Assembly: GCA_043819795.1 (NCBI GenBank)
Contig: JBDREN010000087.1
Span: forward strand, 1 to 16,422
Origin: Elusimicrobiota bacterium
Lineage (GTDB): Bacteria > Elusimicrobiota > Elusimicrobia > UBA1565
Length of the DNA stretch: 16,422 nt
Direction: 5' to 3'
Numbering within the stretch: position 1 is the first letter of the stretch; each line of letters opens with the position of its first letter. A program made the position numbers and the translations under genes. Of this stretch, positions 1 through 7,820 are shown in pieces. The notes under the pieces were generated by a model that saw nothing but the letters and a program-made list of their open reading frames with translations, made no database searches and was not told the DNA's origin.

Positions 1-16
1 GTCCCTGAGCCGGATT

Positions 17-37
17 CTGTCTCCTGTCTCCTGCCTC
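17..37. repeat. Short heptamer tandem repeat (CTGYCTC)x3
   Basis: CTGTCTC (17-23), CTGTCTC (24-30), CTGCCTC (31-37), read directly. Confidence 0.6.
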
Positions 38-56
38 CTCTCTTCATCATCTTCCA

Positions 57-85
57 TTGACACGCCCCCGTCGCCGTTCTATCCT
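57..85 (+). promoter_or_regulatory. Sigma70-type promoter pointing antisense into the ptrB fragment
   Basis: Perfect -35 TTGACA (57-62), 17-nt spacer, -10 TATCCT (80-85). Confidence 0.55.
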
Positions 86-664
86 TTCGTGTGCGCGATG
101 CCGGCGCGTCGAGGCTTCCCTTCTTCCGGCAATAGATCGGGTATTCCTTCCCTTTTTCGTACCGGTGGTAGTAGAAGTGGTCGTCGAGCTTGTACGGGAC
201 GCTGGCGTCCTCTTGCTTGATGCGGGACTTCATCTCCCGGGAAAGCCGCTCCCGGAGCGCGCGGGTGTGGGCCGTCGCGGCCTCGGTGTACGCGTTCTCG
301 CGGTTGAGGTAGTCGAGGACCTCCTCGCTTCCCCTGCGCTTGAGCCAGTAATAGTCGTCGGTCCGCTCGTCGCCGTGCTTGACCAGCTTCTTGGGCTCCT
401 TGCGGGCCGTCGGAGGCTCTTTGATCTGGGCCGTCTTGCACGCCAGAGGACCCAACAGGCATATGCAGGCGGCGAGCCCGAGATAATGGGGGAAAGCATG
501 GAACCGCTTCATATGGCGCGCCTCCTCCGGGGTGTCTCGCATCCCTTATACCAAATGAGTCCTCCCGCGTGAACCGCCCGCCCCGCAGGCCGGGATTGTT
601 CTATGATATCCGCGCGTCCGGCCGCTTTGGTCGCTATCTTACGCGTGAGTTGGGGGAACGGACC

Positions 665-844
665 ATGATGGCAGCGATGAACCCGGTAGCGGCAGGACTT
701 GCCTTCGTCTTCTGGCTGCTCATGATGATCGGGATGATCGGCGGCTACATCTTCCTGATCGTCGCCTTCTGGAAAGGGATGAAAGCGCATGAGTCGATGG
801 CGGAGAGCCTGAAGCAGATCGCGAGCCGGACCCCCGCGGCGTAG
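665..844 (+). CDS. Small membrane protein (59 aa), function unknown
   Basis: ATG at 665 follows a purine-rich GGGGGAA. It encodes one long hydrophobic segment (LAFVFWLLMMIGMIGGYIFLIVAFW) and an amphipathic tail (KGMKAHESMAESLKQIA), with GC3-rich codons. The ORF-track start at 569 is probably too far upstream. Confidence 0.7.
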   Translation: MMAAMNPVAAGLAFVFWLLMMIGMIGGYIFLIVAFWKGMKAHESMAESLKQIASRTPAA

Positions 845-861
845 CGAACGGGACGGACGCT

Positions 862-2010
862 CTAAACGACGGTACAGCGGCAGCAGGGTGAGCGCCGGGA
901 GCGCCCTTTTTTGAGGTGGTCCTCCCGGAGTTCCTGATACGGCCCGGACCTCCAGAGCCCGCTGACGCTCGAATCCTTGGAGTTCCCGACCGACAGGGTC
1001 GAGCGGTAGTCCACGTCGCACGGGTTCGTGCGGCCGTCCCACCAGATGAACATGCGGCGCCACAGGTCGGAGCAGGGGGTCTTCAGGTCGTTGACCGGAC
1101 GCTCGTAGGTGTTCTCCCAGGGGTTATAGTCCACGAAGGCCACCTGGTCCGCGTATTCGCCCCAGTAGGACGCCATGTCGTCGAGGCCGGACGAGCCCGG
1201 GTACTTGACGCCCGAGACCCTCGTGATCGTGCGCGACTCGGGATACCGCTCGGCGCGGATCCGCTGGAAGCGCTGGATGTTCTCCCGCACGCGGTCGAGC
1301 TTCCCGCCCATACGCAGCCGGCTATAGGCCGTCTCCTCGGCCGCGTCGACCGAAAAAACCAGCGTCCCGATGTCGGCCTGGAGGATGGCGTGGCACTTCC
1401 TCTCGTCGAGGTACCACGCGTTGGTGTTCAGCTTGGAGGCGAGGAACTTCCCCGCCATGTAGGCGAGCAGCGCCTCGATGGCGGGACAGACGAGCGGCTC
1501 CCCGCGCGAGGCGAGGGTGACGGCCTCTATGTTCCCCTCGGCCTGGTCGATGATCCGCTTGAAGAGGTCCAGGCTCATCGTGCCCATGTGGCCGCCGCTC
1601 CTCTTGGTGAAGGCCATGTCGGTCTGGTAGCAGAAGACGCAGCGGAAGTTGCAGATGGAGCTGGGCTCGACCTGCAGGCAGGGCGGGTAGTCGTCGAGGA
1701 CCTTGCGCTGGGGGTTCGTCTCGTAGCGGAAGCGATAGTGAAGATAGCGCGGAAGCTCCGCGTCGGTGATGCGGCCGATCTCGTCGGCGACGTTCCCATG
1801 CAGCGTGAACGGGGGATGTCCGCCGGCGTCCACGGCCTTGCCGACGAGCTCCTCGCACGCCCTCCGGATGACGCGCGTACGCGCGTCGCCGTCATCGGGC
1901 AGAGACCCGTAGAGCCGCTCGACGCGAGGGAGCACCTCCGGCAGCGGCCCGCGATGCCGCATGCCGACGAAGCTCTGGTGCTTCTGGTAGACCTTATCGC
2001 TTTCCGCCAC
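862..2010 (-). CDS. Radical SAM protein with C-terminal SPASM/twitch Fe-S domain
   Basis: CxxxCxxC motif (QVEPSSICNFRCVFC), RGEPL motif, KLNTN, and C-terminal PCSDLWRRMFIWWDGRTNPCDVD...CCRC. There is an ~100-aa N-terminal extension. GTG start. Confidence 0.92.
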   Translation of the reverse strand: MAESDKVYQKHQSFVGMRHRGPLPEVLPRVERLYGSLPDDGDARTRVIRRACEELVGKAVDAGGHPPFTLHGNVADEIGRITDAELPRYLHYRFRYETNPQRKVLDDYPPCLQVEPSSICNFRCVFCYQTDMAFTKRSGGHMGTMSLDLFKRIIDQAEGNIEAVTLASRGEPLVCPAIEALLAYMAGKFLASKLNTNAWYLDERKCHAILQADIGTLVFSVDAAEETAYSRLRMGGKLDRVRENIQRFQRIRAERYPESRTITRVSGVKYPGSSGLDDMASYWGEYADQVAFVDYNPWENTYERPVNDLKTPCSDLWRRMFIWWDGRTNPCDVDYRSTLSVGNSKDSSVSGLWRSGPYQELREDHLKKGRSRRSPCCRCTVV

Positions 2011-2018
2011 GGGGCCCC

Positions 2019-2048
2019 ATTATATCCATTATCAGGACTCCACGTCAG
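2019..2048 (-). promoter_or_regulatory. Putative promoter of the SPASM gene (leaderless arrangement)
   Basis: On the minus strand, TATAAT (2024-2019) lies 8 nt before the GTG start. A weak -35 CTGACG (2048-2043) sits 18 nt further upstream. No Shine-Dalgarno. Confidence 0.55.
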
Positions 2049-2077
2049 GAAACCCGGCCGCGAACGCGCGCGGCCGA

Positions 2078-2107
2078 TTGACTCATTCCAGGGGCGGGTG
2101 ATAGAAT
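2078..2107 (+). promoter_or_regulatory. Sigma70-type promoter of block 1
   Basis: TTGACT (2078-2083), 18-nt spacer, extended -10 TGaTAGAAT (TAGAAT 2102-2107), 9 nt before the TTG start. Confidence 0.65.
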
Positions 2108-2124
2108 GTTCAAGCTTTGAACAT
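2106..2124. promoter_or_regulatory. Operator-like inverted repeat ATGTTCAA-GCT-TTGAACAT
   Basis: Perfect 8-3-8 AT-rich inverted repeat overlapping the -10 box, the predicted transcription start and the TTG start codon. Confidence 0.6.
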
Positions 2125-3943
2125 AGTTATCTGCACGACCCCTATTCGGCCGGTCCCCACGACCTATCCTCCCTTCGGCTCGATGGCCGTGATCCAGTCC
2201 TTGCGAAGAGCGGGCTACGACCCCCATTTCTACGACATCGACATGTTCCGGCCGTCCATGGAGGAGATCGAGAAGTTCCTCGTCGAGCACCGCCCCAGCG
2301 TCGTGGGCATCAGCGCGGTCGTCTCCACGGCCTACGCCTACACGAAGAGCCTGTCCCTGCCCATCAAACGGGTGCTGCCGGGAACGCGCGTCATCGTAGG
2401 CGGCAACCTCGCCTCCAGCGCCGAGCTCCTGCACAGGCTCGCCGGCGTGGACTTCTGCGTGATCGGCGAGGGGGAAGTCGTCGCGGTCAACCTCATGCGC
2501 GTGCTCGAGGACTGCCGCCGCCGGCCGCTCGACTTCGAGCGGCTCGCCCGGGTGCGCGGCATCACCTACATCCAGCCCGACGGGGAGATGAATTTCCCGG
2601 GCTACGAGGACGCGCTTCCTCCCGACGAGGTCTTCGACGCGGACTGGGGGATCCTCGAAAGATTCTCGAAGCCCGAGCACTTCATCACCGACCCGCTCGA
2701 ACGCCCGGACTTCCACCAGGACCCGCGCACCCGCGAGCCGCACCGCCGGGGCAAAAAGATGGCTACGCTGGTCACGGCGAAGGGCTGCGTGGGCCGCTGC
2801 ACCTTCTGCCACCGCTGGGACAAGGGCTTTCGCGCCATCCCGGTGGACCAGATCATGCGCAAGATCCGGATGCTGATGGACCGCTACAACGTGGGCTTCA
2901 TCACGTTCTCGGACGAGAACTTCGGTTCGGACCGGCGCCAGGCCCGTGATTTCCTGCGAGAGATGAAGCCCCTCGACATCCTCTGGCAGGTGGGAGGCGT
3001 GCGGGTCCGTTCGGTGGACCCGAACCTCCTGCGAGAGATGAAGGAGGCGGGGTGCGTGGCCGTGTACTACGGGGCGGAGACCGGCAGCCCGGCGATCCTC
3101 GAGGTCATGGAGAAGAAGGCCACGCTCCAGGACAACCTCAACGCCGCCAAGTGGACCCGGGAGGCGGGCCTCTTCACGATCCATCAACTGGTCCTGGCCA
3201 TGCCGGGCGAGACCGACGAGACGGTGCGCGAGACCACGGAGTTCCTCAAGACCGTGACCCAGGACGTCTATGAGTCTCCACGTTCGCGCATCAGCATCAA
3301 CTATATCCAGGCCCTTCCCGGCACGCCCGTCTACGAATACGCGCGCGCCAAGGGGCTCATCGGCCGGAGCCTGGACGACGAGGAGAGATACCTGCTCTCA
3401 ATATCGGACATCGACGCGCAGGACGACACGAAGACCATCAATTTCACGGACGAGGACTACCTGACCGTCCGCTCCTGGCGGCGCAGGATAGTGCTGGAGG
3501 TCATGCGCCACTACCACCGGCACAACACGACCCCGGCGCCGGGCTTCTTCACCTTCCTGGCGAGGCTCGCCAAGAGGCGCCTCTTCGGGAAGAGGGCCCC
3601 CTCAGGCGGCGCTCGCGACGGAGCGCGCGGCAAGGTCATCGAGGACTATGGCAAGGGAGGCTATTTCAACCTCTCGCGCGATCTCGGCTACGACGTGATC
3701 GTCGCCTACTTTTATCCCTTGCGGCACATGATCCTGGCGGCCTGGCTGCTCCAGGACGAGCTCCGGAGGCTGCCGTTGCGCGTCGTCGCGGCGCACGTCC
3801 GGGACTGGATCGGAAACCGCCTGTCCCGTCGCCGGCGTCCCCCGGCCCAGCCCGTGTCTCTGCGCAAGACGATGCGCGAGCTCACGCCGGAGCCCAGGTC
3901 TTTGACCGAGCGATCGATGCAGCCTCTGCGCGACGGGCGGTGA
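2117..3943 (+). CDS. Cobalamin (B12)-binding radical SAM protein (class B methyltransferase-like)
   Basis: N-terminal B12-binding-like domain (YPPFG...VVGISA...VIVGGN...VIGEGE), then TAKGCVGRCTFC (CxxxCxxC), FSDENF, YGAETGS and ALPGTPVY. TTG start. Confidence 0.93.
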   Translation: MNIVICTTPIRPVPTTYPPFGSMAVIQSLRRAGYDPHFYDIDMFRPSMEEIEKFLVEHRPSVVGISAVVSTAYAYTKSLSLPIKRVLPGTRVIVGGNLASSAELLHRLAGVDFCVIGEGEVVAVNLMRVLEDCRRRPLDFERLARVRGITYIQPDGEMNFPGYEDALPPDEVFDADWGILERFSKPEHFITDPLERPDFHQDPRTREPHRRGKKMATLVTAKGCVGRCTFCHRWDKGFRAIPVDQIMRKIRMLMDRYNVGFITFSDENFGSDRRQARDFLREMKPLDILWQVGGVRVRSVDPNLLREMKEAGCVAVYYGAETGSPAILEVMEKKATLQDNLNAAKWTREAGLFTIHQLVLAMPGETDETVRETTEFLKTVTQDVYESPRSRISINYIQALPGTPVYEYARAKGLIGRSLDDEERYLLSISDIDAQDDTKTINFTDEDYLTVRSWRRRIVLEVMRHYHRHNTTPAPGFFTFLARLAKRRLFGKRAPSGGARDGARGKVIEDYGKGGYFNLSRDLGYDVIVAYFYPLRHMILAAWLLQDELRRLPLRVVAAHVRDWIGNRLSRRRRPPAQPVSLRKTMRELTPEPRSLTERSMQPLRDGR

Positions 3944-3958
3944 GGCGGGAGGAAACCC

Positions 3959-4558
3959 ATGAGAACCGCCGCGAACGATCCGATGAAGGCGGCGAGCCAC
4001 GGCGGCTCGATCGTGGATAAGGAGTTCGTCCTGATCCGCGAGATATCCCTGGGCCGGGACAAGACTCAGCGGGAGCTCTCATCGAGTGCGGGACTCTCTT
4101 TGGGGATGACGAACCTCCTGCTCAAGCGCCTCGTGCGCAAAGGATACCTCAAGATCAAGCATCTCGACTGGAACAAGGCCCGCTACCTCCTGACGCTCAA
4201 GGGCAGCGCGGAGAAGGCCCGGAAGTCCCACGAATACGCCCTGTTCGTCTGGAGACAGGCCCGCAGGATCAATCACTCCATCCAGGACGCCGTGAGCGCC
4301 GAGTACAGCGGGGGCGCGCGCGACGCGGTCGTGGTCGCCCGGCCCGAGACGGCCGCCCTCGTCCGCTGCGCCATCGGGGAGAGGAAGCTTCCCGGCCTGC
4401 GCGTCGAGTTCGTCGAAAGATTCGAGCAAGTGAAGCCCGGCGTCCGCCTCGTCTTCACTGCCACAACGGACAACCCTCCCCGGCCGAGAACCGGCCGGCG
4501 CTTCGTACCGCTCCTCGACACCGTGGATCTCGAGTTCCGCCCCAAGACATGCACCTAG
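3959..4558 (+). CDS. Winged helix-turn-helix transcriptional regulator (MarR-like, polysaccharide-locus-associated type)
   Basis: TQRELSSSAGLSLGMTNLLLKRLVRKGYLKI...YLLTLKGSAEKAR is the pattern of wHTH regulators found in EPS/LPS loci. RBS GGAGG at 3948-3952. Confidence 0.88.
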   Translation: MRTAANDPMKAASHGGSIVDKEFVLIREISLGRDKTQRELSSSAGLSLGMTNLLLKRLVRKGYLKIKHLDWNKARYLLTLKGSAEKARKSHEYALFVWRQARRINHSIQDAVSAEYSGGARDAVVVARPETAALVRCAIGERKLPGLRVEFVERFEQVKPGVRLVFTATTDNPPRPRTGRRFVPLLDTVDLEFRPKTCT

Positions 4559-6300
4559 CCGTCACTCCCGCCGTCGAGTTCTGGGACACGAACGATGAGC
4601 TCCTTTTTATCGGCCCGTGGTGCGCGCGCTACGACCGCCGCTCGGACTGGGAGGGCATGCGCCGCTCCTTCGCGCGCGACCCCTGGCTGAATGAGGGCCG
4701 CGTACACGCCGGGCGCCTGGAGTCCGAGCGCCTGTTCGCTGAGATCTTCCCCCCGCTCGTCCACACGATTAACCGCCTCCACAGCGTCAACATGCCGGAA
4801 CGCTACTGGCGCATCCTCACGGGCCCATGGCTGATCCGCTACATCCACTTCGTGCTCGACCGCCACGAGCGCCTGAAGGCCGCTTTCGAGGACCATCCTG
4901 AGCTCAAGACCACGCAGCTCGATCACCGGGACTACGCGACCGCGCGCGACACCCTCGAGTTCCAGACGCTCGGCTTCACCGACGCCTACAACCTCCAGAT
5001 CGCGTCCCAGCTCATGTCCCTTTGCAGCCGCAACTTCCCCACCAGGCGGCTCCCCGACGACCTCCGGCCCGAGCTGCCCCTTCCGGCCATCGGACGAAAG
5101 CGGCGGCTCGCGGACTGGGCGGTGCGCAAGGCGGGGCCGCCGGTCCTTCTCACCGAACTCTTCGCGGACCGCAAGGACCAGTGGCGGCTGCTCGCCTCGC
5201 TGACGGGCCGCGGCGCGCAGTTCGTCGGACGCCTGCCTCCGCCTCCTCCGGCCTCCGACTGGGCGGCCCGGGACGAACTCGCCGACATCGAGGCGTCCGA
5301 AGGGATCTCTCGCGCGCTCGTCGCGCTCCTGCCCCAAAACTTTCCGAGCCTCTATCTCGAAGGCTTCGCCGCCGCCCGGGAGCGGATCCGCCGGGGCTGG
5401 CGGCGCAGGCCCAAGGTCCTGGTCTCCGCGGAGGGATGGGTGTTCAACGAGGCTCTCAAGTTCGCCGGCGCGGAGTTCTACCGGTCCGGGACCACGCTCA
5501 TCGGCGCGCAGCACGGCGGCGGCTACGGCGTGGACCTCGACCTGCCGACCGAGTGGATGGAGAAGAGCACCTGCGACCTCTATGTCACCTGGGGATGGAC
5601 GGACGACGAGGGGAGCGCTCCCAACCGGCCCCTGCCGAACCCGCGATTGTTCCGCCTCCGCGGTATGGGCCGTAAGCACGACCGTCGGGAGGGGAGCGCG
5701 CTCCTCTTCGTCACCGACGGCTTCCCGCTTTACCCGTTCCAGTTCTACGGCTTTCCCATAGGCCGCGAGATCGAGCGGGACTTCGAGGACCAGTTCGCCT
5801 TCATCGCTCCTCTCAAGGAATCCGTCGGACAAGACCTGACCGTCCGCCCCTATCCCGTCGAGCGCGGCTGGCGCGCCAAGGACCGGCTGCTCGACCGCTT
5901 CCCGGGCCTGCGCCTCGACGAGGCACGGCGGCCGCTCCACGAGTCCTTTCCGCGCACGCGCCTGCTCGCATTCAACTGCCTGGGAACAGCCTTCCTGGAG
6001 GCCCTGGCCTACGGCATGCCCTGCCTGGTCTATCTGGCCCCGCGCTTCGCCAAGGTCCGCCCGCAGGCCGAGGCCGACCTGGCCCGGCTGCGCGAGGCGG
6101 GGATACTCATGGACTCCCCCGTCGAGGCCGCGCGCCGCGCCGCCGAGCTCCACCGGGACCCTTTCTCCTGGTGGGACTCCGCCGTGGTGCGCCGGGCCCG
6201 CGAGCTCTGGTGCGAGCGCTACGCGGGCGGCTTCCAGCCGTGGCTCGACCACTGGACGAGGCTTCTACGGGAGGCCGCGGGGGGAGCGTCCCCGCCGTGA
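4549..6300 (+). CDS. LIC12162-family putative transferase (O-antigen-associated, GT-B-like)
   Basis: N-terminus (MHLAVTPAVEFWD...LLFIGPWCARY), RYWRILTGPWL, GAQHGGGYG, YVTWGW, VRPYP and TAFLEAL match my recollection of this family. Overlaps the upstream gene by 10 nt. Confidence 0.8.
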   Translation: MHLAVTPAVEFWDTNDELLFIGPWCARYDRRSDWEGMRRSFARDPWLNEGRVHAGRLESERLFAEIFPPLVHTINRLHSVNMPERYWRILTGPWLIRYIHFVLDRHERLKAAFEDHPELKTTQLDHRDYATARDTLEFQTLGFTDAYNLQIASQLMSLCSRNFPTRRLPDDLRPELPLPAIGRKRRLADWAVRKAGPPVLLTELFADRKDQWRLLASLTGRGAQFVGRLPPPPPASDWAARDELADIEASEGISRALVALLPQNFPSLYLEGFAAARERIRRGWRRRPKVLVSAEGWVFNEALKFAGAEFYRSGTTLIGAQHGGGYGVDLDLPTEWMEKSTCDLYVTWGWTDDEGSAPNRPLPNPRLFRLRGMGRKHDRREGSALLFVTDGFPLYPFQFYGFPIGREIERDFEDQFAFIAPLKESVGQDLTVRPYPVERGWRAKDRLLDRFPGLRLDEARRPLHESFPRTRLLAFNCLGTAFLEALAYGMPCLVYLAPRFAKVRPQAEADLARLREAGILMDSPVEAARRAAELHRDPFSWWDSAVVRRARELWCERYAGGFQPWLDHWTRLLREAAGGASPP

Positions 6301-7820
6301 GCGCCAGCATCCTGCGCCGTTTCAGCGCCACCCTGGCAGCCAACCTCGTCGGGGCCGCGGTCGCCTTCGCCGCCTCGATCGTGCTGGCGCGCGGCCTGGG
6401 CGCCGAGACCTACGGGGACTTCAACTTCCTGCTGGCGAGCTTCGCCGCGATCAACGCGTGGTTGGACCTGGGGACCTCGACCGCGGTATTCACCTTCCTC
6501 TCTAAGGGGAAAGACAGCCGCCGGCATTTCCGCGCCTACAGCTTCTGGCTGGGCCTGCGCTTCGCCGTGGTCGCTCTCGCGGTGGGGCTCCTGCTGCCCT
6601 CCGGCTGGATCGACAGGATATGGCTCGGCCACGGCCGCGGCCTGGTCCTTCTCGCCTTCGCGGGCTTCTTCGCGTCGGTGCCGGTGCGCGCGTTCCTCAT
6701 CCAGGCGGCCGAGTCCGTCCGGCGCACGCTCTTCATCCAGTCCGCCGTGGCCGCGGTATCCGTCGCGCATCTGGCCCTGGTCCTGACGCTGCTGGTCTCG
6801 GGACGCCTCAGCGTGCCCAACCTATTGCTGCTACTGGTCGCGGAATACGCGGCGCTCGCCGTCTATTTCGGGCTGCGCTTCGACTGGTCTTTGCTGAGCG
6901 CCGCGGGGAGCGAGCGCCCCTGGAAGGAGTTCTTCGGCCAGTACGCGACCTATTGCTCCCCCCTGGTCTTATATTCCTTCATCGGCTTCGTCTACGAGTT
7001 CGCGGACCGCTGGCTCCTCCAGTATTTCGGCGGCTCGGCACAGCAGGGCTTCTTCTCGCTGACCCATAAGTTCGCCATGCTCGGCGTGCTGGCGACCACG
7101 TCCTTGCTCAACATCTTCTGGAAGGAGATCGCGGAGGCGGAGCGCAAGGGCGACAAAGAGCGCGTACGCTCGCTCTACCGCCGGAGCTCGCGCGCCCTTT
7201 TCTTCATCGCCGCGGCCGTCGGATGCTTCCTCATCCCCCACAGCCGCACGCTGCTCATCCGGCTCGTCGGCCCGGAGTACGAGGCGGCTTGGCCCGCGCT
7301 GTCTTTGATGTTCGTCTTCCCCATGTTCCAGACCCTCGGCCAGCTCAACGGGACCTTCTTCTTCGCCACGGAGGACACGAAGACCCACGTCCTGTTTTCC
7401 TCCGCGGCCATGGTCCTCAGCCTGCCCGTCACGTACTTCCTGCTCGCCGAGCCGTCGGCCGCCGTGCCGGGGCTGGGCCTTGGGGCGACCGGTCTGGCGG
7501 CGAGGTGGTCGTTCTGGACGATGTTCACGGTAAGCGCCCAGTCGTGGATCGTCTGTCGGCGGCAGCGCGCCTCCACCGACATCATCCATCCCTTCCTGGT
7601 GCTGGCGCTTCTGCTCGCTTTGGGCGCGGCGTCCAAGGCCCTGGCCGCCGCGCTCTGCGGCCTCGCGCCGGTGGCGGGCGCCGACCTATGGGCGTTCGCT
7701 CTCTCGGCTCCCCTCTACGCGGCCGGGGCGATCGCGCTGGTGCTCCTCCTTCCGGAGCACGTGGGGACCGAGCGCGCGCAGCTGGCCCGCATCCTTCCAT
7801 GGAGGCCCGAGTCCTTATGA
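6297..7820 (+). CDS. wzx: Wzx/MOP-type oligosaccharide flippase
   Basis: Many hydrophobic segments, ARGLGAETYG motif near the N-terminus, and FADRWLLQYFGG-QQGFF. GTG start overlaps the upstream TGA (GTGA 6297-6300). Confidence 0.88.
   Translation: MSASILRRFSATLAANLVGAAVAFAASIVLARGLGAETYGDFNFLLASFAAINAWLDLGTSTAVFTFLSKGKDSRRHFRAYSFWLGLRFAVVALAVGLLLPSGWIDRIWLGHGRGLVLLAFAGFFASVPVRAFLIQAAESVRRTLFIQSAVAAVSVAHLALVLTLLVSGRLSVPNLLLLLVAEYAALAVYFGLRFDWSLLSAAGSERPWKEFFGQYATYCSPLVLYSFIGFVYEFADRWLLQYFGGSAQQGFFSLTHKFAMLGVLATTSLLNIFWKEIAEAERKGDKERVRSLYRRSSRALFFIAAAVGCFLIPHSRTLLIRLVGPEYEAAWPALSLMFVFPMFQTLGQLNGTFFFATEDTKTHVLFSSAAMVLSLPVTYFLLAEPSAAVPGLGLGATGLAARWSFWTMFTVSAQSWIVCRRQRASTDIIHPFLVLALLLALGAASKALAAALCGLAPVAGADLWAFALSAPLYAAGAIALVLLLPEHVGTERAQLARILPWRPESL

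Larger units (their letters stand above)
3..512 (-). pseudogene. ptrB: Oligopeptidase B (S9A peptidase) N-terminal fragment with a lipoprotein-like signal peptide; homology apparently lost after about codon 137 (position ~102); frame stays open to the window edge
   Basis: Manual translation from ATG at 512 (RBS GGAGGAGG at 521-528 on the minus strand) gives MKRFHAFPHYLGLAACICLLGPLAC-KTAQIKEPPTARKEPKKLVKHGDERTDDYYWLKRRGSEEVLDYLNRENAYTEAATAHTRALRERLSREMKSRIKQEDASVPYKLDDHFYYHRYEKGKEYPIYCRKKGSLDAP. HGD-R-DDYYWL, YL-ENAY and YYxRYEKGKEYPIYCR are typical PtrB N-terminal motifs. The sequence after this (ASRTRKDRTATGACQWK...) does not resemble the expected EE(I/V)LLDxN continuation. It is absent from the ORF track because there is no stop within the window. 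Confidence 0.75.

Noticed and set aside
665..844. Small ORF as a RiPP precursor for the adjacent SPASM enzyme
   Set aside because: It is a hydrophobic membrane-type peptide transcribed convergently, with no leader/core pattern, and the SPASM gene is linked to the glycan locus.
916..2949. 677-aa + strand ORF, and other long alternative ORFs (2045-3187, 4555-6252, 7715-8581, 12791-14005, 14216-15412, 57-572)
   Set aside because: They overlap genes with clear family motifs on the opposite strand or in another frame and have no recognisable motifs themselves. Such shadow ORFs are expected in high-GC DNA.
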